A stretch of DNA of 64,000 nucleotides from Obrimoposthia wandeli (Eukaryota). Under the pieces are notes generated by a model. It did not search any database, was not told the DNA's origin, and worked only from the letters and a program-made list of their open reading frames with translations. Below, piece by piece: positions 8,644 through 18,413 of the stretch. Numbering within the stretch: the first letter of the stretch is position 1; the number at the start of each line of letters is the position of its first letter. Position numbers and translations under genes: made by a program. Location: NCBI GenBank assembly GCA_977020255.1, contig CDROCS010000506.1, positions 2,232,001-2,296,000 on the forward strand, written 5' to 3'.

Positions 8644-9696
8644 TTAATCTACAGCTTCAGCCGGAAAAGCATTTTCGCCAACGATTTTACCGTTAACTGT
8701 TTTACCATAATAACCTTGGTGGTTATGGTATTGCTCTTGGTTGGCTTTCAAGTCACCAGTAAAGCGTGGATCTTGTGGGCGCTCATGGCTATTCATAAAC
8801 GCGGCCACATCCCATGCTTGTTGGTTGCTAAGTTGGATACTTTTACCCAACGGCATATTTTCATAGATGAAGAATGCTGCGGTATTAACGCGATGCATGC
8901 CTGCCCCCCAGTTAAATGAACCTTTACCCCAAAGTGGCGGGAATGATTGTACGCCGTCTTGTTTTAACCCTTGGCCGCTATCACCATGACAAGTTGAGCA
9001 AGTTTGCTTATACACAATTTCACCACGTTCGATAGACGGTGTCTGCGCTGATTTCGCTAGTTTAGGATAACCACGACCGGCTAACTTATTGCGTTGCTCT
9101 ACTGGCAATGCAGCCGCAATCTTTTTAGGTAATACAAATGAATCGGCTTTACCGCCTAGTTGTACAACTGCATCGCTCATCTCTGGGATAGGCGTACTTT
9201 GCATATCGTATTTATCTAACAAGCCACCCATCGCTAACCAATATGAATAAGCTGTTAAGGCAACTAGTTCTGGTGAATCAACAGCAGGCGCAACGCCGTT
9301 CATTGAATATTTAAAACAACCTTGGATACGCTCTGCGTAAGTATTTACTTTGTCGTTCTTTTTACGATAGGCAGGGTACGCCATGAATGCGCCCCATAAT
9401 GGTGCTGAATTGGCTTTCATACCCGCTTGCATATGGCAGTTGGCACAGTTTTGTTCATTACCCACGTATTGGCCACGCATGGTCTGTGAATTAACGAATA
9501 GTGAATAACCTTGTTTTACTTTATTACCAAACTCAGTATTTGGAATAGTGGCTAAATCACGAGGTACTAAGTACTCAGTACTGGCTGCTTTTGCATGCGC
9601 AGGTAATTCGGTTTGGCGGTCGGGTAAATTTGTTTCTGCGTTAGTAAACGTCGAGAACAATAAACTTGCGCCGAGGATAAGAGATAATGTTTTCAT
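8644..9696 (-). CDS. tsdA: Thiosulfate dehydrogenase / tetrathionate reductase TsdA (diheme cytochrome c)
   Basis: Signal peptide, two CxxCH (CANCH, CSTCH), RIQGCFKYSMNG with the conserved heme-ligand Cys, PPLWG..SFNWGAGM, and NMPLG. Confidence 0.9.
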   Translation of the reverse strand: MKTLSLILGASLLFSTFTNAETNLPDRQTELPAHAKAASTEYLVPRDLATIPNTEFGNKVKQGYSLFVNSQTMRGQYVGNEQNCANCHMQAGMKANSAPLWGAFMAYPAYRKKNDKVNTYAERIQGCFKYSMNGVAPAVDSPELVALTAYSYWLAMGGLLDKYDMQSTPIPEMSDAVVQLGGKADSFVLPKKIAAALPVEQRNKLAGRGYPKLAKSAQTPSIERGEIVYKQTCSTCHGDSGQGLKQDGVQSFPPLWGKGSFNWGAGMHRVNTAAFFIYENMPLGKSIQLSNQQAWDVAAFMNSHERPQDPRFTGDLKANQEQYHNHQGYYGKTVNGKIVGENAFPAEAVD

Positions 9697-9705
9697 TAGA
9701 TGACC

Positions 9706-10323
9706 TTATTTTATCGCTGCAAAGTATTGCGCAAGATGTTGGATTTCAGAGGCTGTTAATTGCTGCGCTATGGTTGCCATTACATTGTTTTGATCGCCGG
9801 TGCGCTTTTTGTTTTGCCATGCCGTTAATTGGTTACTGATATAATCAGCATGTTGGCTGGCTAAACGAGGAAAATGGGCAACGCCTAAACCGCTAGGGCC
9901 ATGACATGTTGCGCAGGCCGGAATATTACGACTCCAGTCACCTTGGTAAACCAGCTTTCTCGCGGGATCGGTAATAATCACATTATCACCACGTTTTTCA
10001 ATATTGCTGATGGCTGGTGCTGGTAAAGATGCAAAGAATGCCGCAACTTGTTGTACAGATTCAGGTGTAGGTAAGGTCATTACCATCGACGTCATGGATG
10101 GATTTTTACGATTACCATTTTTGAAGTGATTAATTTGTTCGATTAAATAATCTTTATCCATGCCAGCTAACATCGGCGCTAGATTAGGCGTACCTAAACC
10201 TGCTGTACCATGACAGCTTTCACATACCATCGCTGCGGGTGGTGTTGCTGCAAATGCTGGCGCTTGCACTAACAGCAAGGCGCTCAGTCCAATGATGCTG
10301 CGGAATATATTCTTTATGGGCAT
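9706..10323 (-). CDS. tsdB: Diheme cytochrome c4-type electron carrier TsdB
   Basis: Signal peptide, CESCH and CATCH, P.LAG..Y..EQ..F and PRLASQ..Y...QL..W; directly upstream of tsdA. Confidence 0.85.
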   Translation of the reverse strand: MPIKNIFRSIIGLSALLLVQAPAFAATPPAAMVCESCHGTAGLGTPNLAPMLAGMDKDYLIEQINHFKNGNRKNPSMTSMVMTLPTPESVQQVAAFFASLPAPAISNIEKRGDNVIITDPARKLVYQGDWSRNIPACATCHGPSGLGVAHFPRLASQHADYISNQLTAWQNKKRTGDQNNVMATIAQQLTASEIQHLAQYFAAIK

Positions 10324-10462
10324 GGTATGTCTCCAGGTTAGTCGATGATGGCAGGGTCGGTCTAATTATAGTAACTCTCTCGCTGTAAGTCGGATTCTTA
10401 TAGGCAAGGTCATATTACGAGCATAATGACGGGCATAGTCTGGCGGTTTGAGAAAGAGAAAG

Positions 10463-10482
10463 ATATTGTGGTTATCCACATA
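10463..10482. promoter_or_regulatory. Putative TtrR box upstream of tsdB (TGTGG-TTAT-CCACA)
   Basis: ATATTGTGGTTATCCACATA; 19/20 identical to the box at 15693-15712. A weaker FNR-like site TCGAT-N4-ATCAG lies at 10509-10522. Confidence 0.7.
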
Positions 10483-10532
10483 AATTTAGGGGTATATAGG
10501 TTCGGCTTTCGATGTGGATCAGCGTTGTAATT

Positions 10533-10568
10533 AAAAAAGCCCACAGGTACTGCCGTACCTGTGGGCTT
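10533..10568 (-). terminator. Intrinsic terminator after ttrA
   Basis: AAGCCCACAGGTAC-loop-GTACCTGTGGGCTT followed by a U-run on the minus strand. Confidence 0.85.
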
Positions 10569-10608
10569 GTTAATTAATGACTGGGCTCTGACTTAATTAA
10601 TGAGTTAA

Positions 10609-13600
10609 CTAGCCTAAACTAATTTTAGCGGGCAGTGCTTGTCTTGCTGCAGCGCCAACCACCCAATCAAGTAATACCCCTTTACCTTCTCGGGTAGGGT
10701 CGATTAAACCAATATCGTTAATATTTACCCCATCATTGGATTTCATTTTCACTGGCTGTTGTGTATCGCCAATCCAATGGGCACGTTCACCGAGCTCTTT
10801 ATGACCAAAGCCATGTTCAAATCCGAGAGTACCCTGTTTAACACCATCAACAATTAACGCCATGGCTTTAGTGGCACTGGTTGGTGTGGTGATAGTAAAC
10901 ATAGCGCCAGTTGTTAAGCCAATCTTAGCCGCATCTGTTGGGTGGATATAAACCGGGTTAACACCTTTAATCGAATTTAATCGTGGTGACAGGTTTGATA
11001 CTGCACTGTGAATATTCGATTTAAAGTTGGTTAAGGTAAATGGCCATTCCGTCGTTGGATACTTTTCTGCTAATGGTGTGCCATCGGCTAATTTTTGTGG
11101 ATGCCAGGTAGGACAACCAGAATAATATTCACCCGTCATGGTATTACGCGATGTACCGAGTTTTTCATTCCAGATCGCTAATGGTTTCTGCCATTTGTAT
11201 TTCATTTCTTCGCCTTTATAGGCTTCTGTCGCATTTTCAAAGCGACCGCCACGGGCAAAAATAAACGCGACTTTACCGAGTTCTTCCGTTGTTAACACAC
11301 GCTGCATTGCAGGTAATAGACGTTCAAGTCCCGACAACACCATATCTTCGCTGCTTGCTGCCGGAACGCCATTGGCGACATAAGCTAAATTGGCTGCAGC
11401 GCGTAAGTAAAAATCTTCCGCATTGTGAATACCGTGCCAGTTACCTTGGCTATCACTAATGGCATTATCACCAAAGCCGCCTAACTGCATTTTCTTGGCG
11501 ATATCAATTAAGAAGTTTTCTAAATTGATACTACGACCGTCAGCGGTTTTTTCTGTTAATGCATTCACAATAGGCCAGCGTGCTGTGACTGTTTTAGTCG
11601 GTACGCCATGCCAAGGAGTCACCATACCCCAACTTTCATAAGTCACTGTGTCTGGGACGATGTAATCGGATAATGCTGTTGTTTCATTAATGAAAGCATC
11701 AACAGACACGATCAGTGGTAGCTGTTTTGGATCTTTTAATTTATCACCCAATAAGTTAGCTAACCCCGGAACGCCATACATAGGGTTCGCCATGTGGTTG
11801 ATCCAGGCTTTAGCGCGATACGGATAACCATCTACTGCAGCAGATAAATGTTCTGTTAATAACGGTGCAGAGATCGGGTACCAAGGTGATCGTGTTGGAT
11901 ATGGCGATTCACCGGCGGCGACACGACGTTTATATTCGCTAGTTTTTTGGTACGGGAATTTACTGCGAGATAAAAAGATCCCTTTCGGTTTTACTTTATT
12001 TTTAAACTTGGTGAAATCGTAACGTGGTCCTTTACCTGATGTTGGATAACCACCTGACTTAGCCATGACGCCGCCTTTCAGATTGATGTTACCAATCAGG
12101 GCGTTGAGCATTAGGATCGTATAGGCATTATAGAAACCATTACTGTGCATGTTGCCGCCATGACTATCGACGACAGCTTTAGTACCATGACTGGTAAAGC
12201 GTTTCGCCAGTGCGGTGATCGTCGCTACTGGAATGTCACATTGCGCACTGTAGAATTCAAGATCGTGGGCAAATGCTGATTCTTTTAAATGTTGTAGTGA
12301 TGATTTAACCTGTACATCACCTTGCTTGGTTGTGACGACTTGATCAATGAATAATCGTGCGGGTTGATCTTGAGTGTGAACTGAAAGATCACCGCTTTGT
12401 GCATCGACGATCACATACGGATCGGATTCTGATAATGCCGTGCCAGTAAACCCAAGATCTACTTCTGAAGCGCGTAGGAAATAACCGTAGCGCGGATGAT
12501 CCTTATCACTTATTACCAAATGCGTGGCATTACACCAATGGGCTGTACCCGCGGTTTTCATCGCATTGGGACCTGGTTGTGTTAAGAAAGCTGTATTAAA
12601 CTTATCATTGGCTAATATCCACTGGATCATGCCAAGCACTAAAGCGGAATCAGTGCCGGGCTTGATCGGTAGCCAGTTGTTATTGTCACCTGCAGCTAAG
12701 CTCGATGATGCCGGTAGCGCTGGAGAAACGACGGTATAGCTAAAGTTACCTTTGGTACGGGCGGTGGCTAATTGACGTGCTTGGCGTTTAAACGGATTAC
12801 CCGCCTGTGCTGGCGACATACCTATGTATAACGCAAATTCACAGTTCTCTAGGTCTGGCTTAACGTGAGCGAATTTATTTAGATCATTCATTAATGCGCC
12901 AGAGCCTGCACGGAAACCATAACCACAGTACGAGCCATGATGGCCAAAGTTACGCGTACCATAACTATTAAAAGCGAAACGTTTAAACAGATCGTCACGG
13001 CCTTCATTACCGGCATTGGTCATTAATAGCTGATTGGCTTTTGGACCATATTCTGGATTTAGCGGATCGAGTGGGGTTTTCACATCGCGGATCACACGTA
13101 AACCATCCACATGACCTTCACCAAACAGATCGCCACCTTCAACCACTTCTTCTAACAGTTGCTCGTAGCTGATCGGGATCCATTTACCTTCACCACGGTT
13201 ACCGACACGTTTTAGTGGTTGGGTGATCCGATACGGACTTTTACGGATTTCCATCATGCCGTTACCACGGGCACAGGCCGTTGAACGACCTGCTAATCCA
13301 GCTTCACCAGCCATGGCGATATAGGCATCTTTGACTGGCGTATTAAAAGGGATCTGGTGTTCATTTGATAATGGGTGATACGGGTTACCAGAAATACGTA
13401 ATATCTCGTCACTGGCGTTATCTACACGTACACGTAAACCACACAGCGTCCAACAGCCGAAACACATTGACGGTGCCACACGCTGCGCTGGGTTATTGAT
13501 CAGCTTACCGTTTTCAGTCACCTTATATTCTGGTGTTAATGAATTACCGTGATGCGGGTGTTTGGTTTTTTTACCGGCAGTACCATCGATAATGCCATGT

Positions 13601-13698
13601 ACTGCATGCGATGTGGTGGTTGCATAACCTGCTGCAAAAGCGCCAACACCACCCACAGCAAGACCTGATTTAAGAAATTGACGACGTTTGTTATCCAT
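10609..13698 (-). CDS. ttrA: Tetrathionate reductase subunit A (Mo-bisMGD, Tat-exported)
   Basis: Tat signal RRQFLK, FeS motif CFGCWTLC...C, SYCGYGFRAGSG, 1029 aa; follows ttrB and ttrC. Confidence 0.95.
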   Translation of the reverse strand: MDNKRRQFLKSGLAVGGVGAFAAGYATTTSHAVHGIIDGTAGKKTKHPHHGNSLTPEYKVTENGKLINNPAQRVAPSMCFGCWTLCGLRVRVDNASDEILRISGNPYHPLSNEHQIPFNTPVKDAYIAMAGEAGLAGRSTACARGNGMMEIRKSPYRITQPLKRVGNRGEGKWIPISYEQLLEEVVEGGDLFGEGHVDGLRVIRDVKTPLDPLNPEYGPKANQLLMTNAGNEGRDDLFKRFAFNSYGTRNFGHHGSYCGYGFRAGSGALMNDLNKFAHVKPDLENCEFALYIGMSPAQAGNPFKRQARQLATARTKGNFSYTVVSPALPASSSLAAGDNNNWLPIKPGTDSALVLGMIQWILANDKFNTAFLTQPGPNAMKTAGTAHWCNATHLVISDKDHPRYGYFLRASEVDLGFTGTALSESDPYVIVDAQSGDLSVHTQDQPARLFIDQVVTTKQGDVQVKSSLQHLKESAFAHDLEFYSAQCDIPVATITALAKRFTSHGTKAVVDSHGGNMHSNGFYNAYTILMLNALIGNINLKGGVMAKSGGYPTSGKGPRYDFTKFKNKVKPKGIFLSRSKFPYQKTSEYKRRVAAGESPYPTRSPWYPISAPLLTEHLSAAVDGYPYRAKAWINHMANPMYGVPGLANLLGDKLKDPKQLPLIVSVDAFINETTALSDYIVPDTVTYESWGMVTPWHGVPTKTVTARWPIVNALTEKTADGRSINLENFLIDIAKKMQLGGFGDNAISDSQGNWHGIHNAEDFYLRAAANLAYVANGVPAASSEDMVLSGLERLLPAMQRVLTTEELGKVAFIFARGGRFENATEAYKGEEMKYKWQKPLAIWNEKLGTSRNTMTGEYYSGCPTWHPQKLADGTPLAEKYPTTEWPFTLTNFKSNIHSAVSNLSPRLNSIKGVNPVYIHPTDAAKIGLTTGAMFTITTPTSATKAMALIVDGVKQGTLGFEHGFGHKELGERAHWIGDTQQPVKMKSNDGVNINDIGLIDPTREGKGVLLDWVVGAAARQALPAKISLG

Positions 13699-13708
13699 AA
13701 TGAAGTCC

Positions 13709-14863
13709 TTACTGTGTGTGTTGTGTTTTGAGAGGTTGTGAGACGGTGCTGTTTTTTACTGATTTTACTCGTTTAACTGACTTTACTGATTTTTCTTGTA
13801 TCGCGACGATCTCTGAAGCCGCTAATGCTAAGGCTAACCACAAACCAGCCATACCAAGAATACCGAGTAGCCCTGCAGAGCCCATTGGCAATTCATACGG
13901 ATACGGTCCTTGGTCAAATTTAGCGATGGTTTGTACATCCATGATGGTGACCCAACGTAGATACCAGCAACAAATTAAGCTGATTGCGCTCATGATTAAT
14001 AATTGTGGGCGGTTATACAGCGCAATTTTAGAAGCTAGCAATGCAATGCCCATACAGGCCAAGAAACTGACCGCCAAGCTGCCCAAGCGAACTAACCATG
14101 CATCGCTTTCATATAACGAAAATGAGGCATTATTGGATGCCCAGATTGGCAGTAACACAGCGGCTAAGATGGCGCTGACTAACAGTGCTCGTTTTATTAA
14201 CCCTTGGTCGCTTTGGGTAAAGGCATTCGCTTTTGCTGGAATAGGGAATAGCGCTAACAGTAATAACGCAAAACCGATGGCACCGATGAACGCGGTCACA
14301 AACCACAATAATGGCGCAGCAGGTTGATGCCACAGTGGGCGGCTTTGCACCACGTATATCTCTGCACCTGTGTATAGTGCGATAGTTAAACCTGAAAGGC
14401 AGGTTAATGCGGTAACCGCGATCATTTGCTTACTACTGGTCTGCCAATTACCTAAACTAAACAAGGCAATCTTCTGCGCGATAGCACTGTCACTGTGTTT
14501 AAGTTTGGCAATATCATCACGTAAATATAACCAAGCCGTTAATATTGCTAATGCTGAAAATAGCGGTAAAAATAGCGACCCTAGCGACATCCATGACCAA
14601 GGTGTTATATGACTATAAAAGTTCAAAGCGCGACCCGGTTGGTGTAAGTCACCTGTTAATGCCAGTGGGCCAACAACGGCGCCAATTGACATAGTCAACA
14701 CTAATGCAGAGCGTAAGTAATGGCTGGTGTGAGCACGGAATATATAACTTAATAAAAATAATATCGCCGCCGCGTACGCAGAGCCAATATAGAAAAAGTA
14801 TTGTACTGCCCACGGGAGCCAAGCAATGGCTTGTGGTTGGACTAAAATTTCGGTGATGTTCAT
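13709..14863 (-). CDS. ttrC: Tetrathionate reductase membrane anchor (NrfD/PsrC family)
   Basis: AWLPWAVQYFFYIG, DLHQPGR, YTGAE...RPLWH; multiple TM helices. Confidence 0.92.
   Translation of the reverse strand: MNITEILVQPQAIAWLPWAVQYFFYIGSAYAAAILFLLSYIFRAHTSHYLRSALVLTMSIGAVVGPLALTGDLHQPGRALNFYSHITPWSWMSLGSLFLPLFSALAILTAWLYLRDDIAKLKHSDSAIAQKIALFSLGNWQTSSKQMIAVTALTCLSGLTIALYTGAEIYVVQSRPLWHQPAAPLLWFVTAFIGAIGFALLLLALFPIPAKANAFTQSDQGLIKRALLVSAILAAVLLPIWASNNASFSLYESDAWLVRLGSLAVSFLACMGIALLASKIALYNRPQLLIMSAISLICCWYLRWVTIMDVQTIAKFDQGPYPYELPMGSAGLLGILGMAGLWLALALAASEIVAIQEKSVKSVKRVKSVKNSTVSQPLKTQHTQ
13754..13793. repeat. Degenerate 9-bp tandem repeat (TTTTACTGA x ~4.5) encoding the KSVKSVKRVKSVK tail of TtrC
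   Basis: Units start at 13754, 13763, 13772 and 13781. Confidence 0.7.
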
Positions 14864-15633
14864 GCGTTTTCTCCTGCTGGATCGTAGATGGCAACTTTAC
14901 CGTCGACATTACTGGTGAACGCGTCATCCATGCCGATATAGAACACATGTGGTTGGGTATTTTCTTCCGGTTTTAATACCTTGATGTCATCTTGGTGTTC
15001 ACGCATTAAATGACTAATGTGGCTGTTAGGATCTTTAATATCACCAATAACACGCGCACCACCCACACAGGTTTCTACGCAGGCAGGTAATAAACCTTCT
15101 TCTAAGCGATGTGCACAAAAGGTGCATTTGTCAGCTGTGAGGGTTTCTTCGTTAATAAAGCGGGCATCGTAAGGACAAGCTTGCACGCAATAAGCACAAG
15201 CGACGCAGCGCTCGTTATCGACCATGACAATACCGTCATCACGTTGGAAGGTTGCCTGTACTGGGCATACTTTTACACAAGGTGGGTTTTCACAGTGATT
15301 GCATAAGCGTGGCAGGGTAAATGATTTCACATTTTGTAATTCACTGCTGCCGTCATCTAAAGTGACTTCGTATTGTTTTACCGTCGTGCGGAATTGGCCA
15401 ATAGGTGCTTGGTTCTCAATGCTGCAACCAACTGTACACGCTTGGCAACCGACGCATTTACGTAAATCAACCACCATGGCATAACGTTTACCGCTCTGGC
15501 CTTTTCGATCGGGGGCTTCGTTATTACGAATAATGGTTGTGGTGAGCGGGTTTGCCGTCGACACCGGTATGATTGCTGCGCCTACAGTTAATGCACCGAG
15601 GCGGGTCATTAAGCTGCGTTTAGTTGAGTCCAT
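14860..15633 (-). CDS. ttrB: Tetrathionate reductase FeS subunit B
   Basis: Four 4Fe-4S motifs (CVGCQAC, CNHCENPPC, CVACAYCVQAC, CTFC...C); Tat-like N-terminus. Confidence 0.95.
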   Translation of the reverse strand: MDSTKRSLMTRLGALTVGAAIIPVSTANPLTTTIIRNNEAPDRKGQSGKRYAMVVDLRKCVGCQACTVGCSIENQAPIGQFRTTVKQYEVTLDDGSSELQNVKSFTLPRLCNHCENPPCVKVCPVQATFQRDDGIVMVDNERCVACAYCVQACPYDARFINEETLTADKCTFCAHRLEEGLLPACVETCVGGARVIGDIKDPNSHISHLMREHQDDIKVLKPEENTQPHVFYIGMDDAFTSNVDGKVAIYDPAGENA

Positions 15634-15692
15634 GAGAACACCTTGTGATTAATAGTGATTAAGGCTATTGTCTGGAAATTAAGTGGTAGATT

Positions 15693-15712
15693 ATATTGTG
15701 GTTTTCCACATA
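15693..15712. promoter_or_regulatory. Putative TtrR box upstream of ttrB (TGTGG-TTTT-CCACA)
   Basis: Palindromic core; twin of 10463-10482. Confidence 0.7.
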
Positions 15713-15724
15713 CACAGGTGCAGC

Positions 15725-15738
15725 TTGATCTAAAACAA
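15725..15738. promoter_or_regulatory. FNR-like site TTGAT-CTAA-AACAA in the ttrB/ttrS intergenic region
   Basis: 9/10 match to TTGAT-N4-ATCAA; FNR dependence of ttr is established in Salmonella. Confidence 0.65.
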
Positions 15739-15818
15739 TAAATATTTTGGCTTTATCGTTATTTTGTTATGCTGAGGTGGTTATCTTATTTGTAATGAAC
15801 GGTATGAGTTTGTGATGA

Positions 15819-17669
15819 ATGGTATTAGTTTGTAATAAATTGTATAAGCAGGGAATTGGCATGGCTAACGTATTAATAAAAGCAGTGATTGGCACCTTGT
15901 TGCTGGTGATGACACAAGTGCATGCCAGTAACGCGGTTGATACGACCATCAGCAGTCCCCGTGATAACAAGCCAACCATAACCACCGTTGATGTCGGCGT
16001 ATTAGCAACACGTGGTATTTTTGAAGCCAAGCAGCGCTGGCAACCCACTTTATTATGGCTACAAAGTCAGATCCCCAATAGTGAATTTAAATTACATCCC
16101 TTTACCTTGGCCGAAATGGAAGCGGCTGTAGAACAACAAAGTGTCGATGTAGTGGTGACCAACCCTGGGCAAGCGGTGCGTTTAGGTCGGCAATACCCTT
16201 TATCTTGGTTAGCGACGTTAAACAGTAAACTCGGTGATGGTACCCATGTCATTGGCTCGGCTTTGATTGTCCGCGCCGACTCGCACTATCAACACTTAGT
16301 CGATGTCAGTGGTGACAAGATAGCTGCCGTTGCCAGTAATGCTTTTGGTGGTTATTTAACGATGCAACTGACGGTGCAAAATCTAGGTATTAATCCGACG
16401 GCTTTTTTCTCTGACGTATCGTTTTTAGGTTTTCCTGTCGATGCCATTATTTACCAGCTGCGTGATGGTTATTTTGATGCCGCAGTCGTGCCTGTGTGCC
16501 AGCTGGAAAGCATGTTAGAAGAAGGGCTGGTTAAGCCTAACGCTTTTCGGGTATTAGATGATATCAGCCCGGATAATTTTGCTTGCGGCCTGTCTACGCA
16601 GTTATACCCGAATTGGTCTATTGCTAAAACCAGTGCGATTTCAGCCACGTTAGCCAAAAAAATAACCCGCGCTCTATTAGCCTTGCCCAGCGATCATGCT
16701 GCTAGTATTGCCGCTTATTCTACAGGTTGGACACCACCCATCAGCCAATTATCTGTCGACCAATTATATCGTGATTTAGATATGCATCCTTTGCAGCGAC
16801 CTTGGTGGCAGGAAGCTGCTGTTTGGATCAAGAAAAATCAGCAGTGGGCTTGGGTAGTATTTTTATTCGTGTTGTTATTAAGTGTTTATCATTTAATTTT
16901 GGAGTACCGTTTTAGTCGCAGTGAACGTAAATTAAAAGCCACTTTAAACCGTTTGAAAGAAAAAAATGCCATGTTAGAACATGCCCAGCGAGTGGCGATT
17001 GTGGGTGAGTTGGGTAGTAGTCTCGCGCATGAGATTAATCAACCACTGGCTGCGATCTTAAATTACAGCCAAGGCGGATTATTACGTATAAATAAAGGTG
17101 CGAATGCCAGTGAAATAACCCCCGCATTGGAGAAAATACAACAGCAAGTGAAGCGAGCAGATGGTATTGTGCAGCGATTACGTGCGCTTATTAATAAACG
17201 TGCAGTGGCTAAGTCACGCTGTGACGTACAAGCATTACTGACCGATACCTTAGAGTTGCTTGATTATGATTTTCAGCAAAAAAATATTACCGTAAGCCAA
17301 TCTTGTGTCGGTAATGCTGTGGATCTAGAGGCTGATATTGTTGGTTTACAGCAAGTATTATTAAATGTATTAAACAATGCAGCAGATGCGTGCTTGATGC
17401 GGGATCCTGCTGTGCTGATCAGTAATAAAATTAGTATCGAGAGTCACTATAGTGATGACCGGTTCATATTAACAGTGACTGATAATGGCATAGGCTTAAC
17501 GGCGACCAGTGCTGAATTACAGAATGCCTTTTTTACCACCAAAAAAGAGGGATTAGGCTTAGGATTAGCGATTTGTCGTGACGTGATTGAAGCACATCAT
17601 GGTCAATTTTCGCTGGTGGCCGCTGATCCCATTGGTTGTCGCGTCAGCATACAATTACCGTTGCCATAA
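15819..17669 (+). CDS. ttrS: Tetrathionate sensor histidine kinase (likely start ATG 15861)
   Basis: Periplasmic PhnD-like domain, TM helix, H-box AHEINQPL, N-box NVLNNAADA, DNGIG and GLGLGLAIC; divergent from ttrB. Confidence 0.92.
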   Translation: MVLVCNKLYKQGIGMANVLIKAVIGTLLLVMTQVHASNAVDTTISSPRDNKPTITTVDVGVLATRGIFEAKQRWQPTLLWLQSQIPNSEFKLHPFTLAEMEAAVEQQSVDVVVTNPGQAVRLGRQYPLSWLATLNSKLGDGTHVIGSALIVRADSHYQHLVDVSGDKIAAVASNAFGGYLTMQLTVQNLGINPTAFFSDVSFLGFPVDAIIYQLRDGYFDAAVVPVCQLESMLEEGLVKPNAFRVLDDISPDNFACGLSTQLYPNWSIAKTSAISATLAKKITRALLALPSDHAASIAAYSTGWTPPISQLSVDQLYRDLDMHPLQRPWWQEAAVWIKKNQQWAWVVFLFVLLLSVYHLILEYRFSRSERKLKATLNRLKEKNAMLEHAQRVAIVGELGSSLAHEINQPLAAILNYSQGGLLRINKGANASEITPALEKIQQQVKRADGIVQRLRALINKRAVAKSRCDVQALLTDTLELLDYDFQQKNITVSQSCVGNAVDLEADIVGLQQVLLNVLNNAADACLMRDPAVLISNKISIESHYSDDRFILTVTDNGIGLTATSAELQNAFFTTKKEGLGLGLAICRDVIEAHHGQFSLVAADPIGCRVSIQLPLP

Positions 17670-17690
17670 CCATAACCATAACCATAACCA
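17664..17690 (+). repeat. Hexamer tandem repeat (CCATAA)x4.5 spanning the ttrS stop codon
   Basis: ccataa at 17664, 17670, 17676 and 17682, plus cca. Confidence 0.85.
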
Positions 17691-17702
17691 GAATCGTTAT
17701 AA

Positions 17703-18338
17703 TTGAGGATGATTAATATGAGTCAAAAACCAGTAACAGGGCATGAAGTATCAGTGCCTGTCTATGTTGTTGATGATGATGAATCGGTACGTGATTCATT
17801 GGCTTTTATGCTCGAGGGTTATGATTTAAATGTCACAACTTATGCTGGTGGTCCGTCATTTTTAGATAACGCCGAAATCATGCTGCCTGGCTGCGTGATC
17901 TTAGATAGCCGGATGCCGGAACTACGTGGCCAAGATGTACAAGCTATTCTGACTCAATGTAATAGCCCACTGTCGATAATTTTTCTTACTGGCCATGGTG
18001 ATGTATCGATGGCTGTTGATGCGTTTAAATCGGGCGCGGTAGATTTTTTTCAAAAGCCCGTCGATGGTGAAAAATTAGTGCAGGCGATTATGCTTGCAGC
18101 TGATAAATCAGTTGCGCGTAGCCAACAGCTTAGTGCGCTATTATCTTATCAATCACTGACTGAGCGTGAGCAGGAAATATTATTATTATTGGTACAAGGT
18201 AAGCGTAATCAACAGATTGCCGATAAATTATGTATTGCAGTTCGCACTGTTGAAGTACATAGGTCGAGCTTAATGAAAAAGTTTCAGGCTAAGACTATTG
18301 CTGAGTTAGTTTTACAATATGGATTGGCGATTAACTAG
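17703..18338 (+). CDS. ttrR: FixJ/LuxR-type response regulator TtrR (likely start ATG 17718)
   Basis: VVDDD, LDSRMP, FLTGHGDV, KP, and LuxR HTH LTEREQE...RNQQIA..L.I..RTVEVHR. Confidence 0.92.
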   Translation: MRMINMSQKPVTGHEVSVPVYVVDDDESVRDSLAFMLEGYDLNVTTYAGGPSFLDNAEIMLPGCVILDSRMPELRGQDVQAILTQCNSPLSIIFLTGHGDVSMAVDAFKSGAVDFFQKPVDGEKLVQAIMLAADKSVARSQQLSALLSYQSLTEREQEILLLLVQGKRNQQIADKLCIAVRTVEVHRSSLMKKFQAKTIAELVLQYGLAIN

Positions 18339-18413
18339 CTGGAAATAGGGCTACACTGCTTGCTGAAATAGATTATTAGCATAATGCTTTGTTTTACTCT
18401 TTAGGAGTAATTT

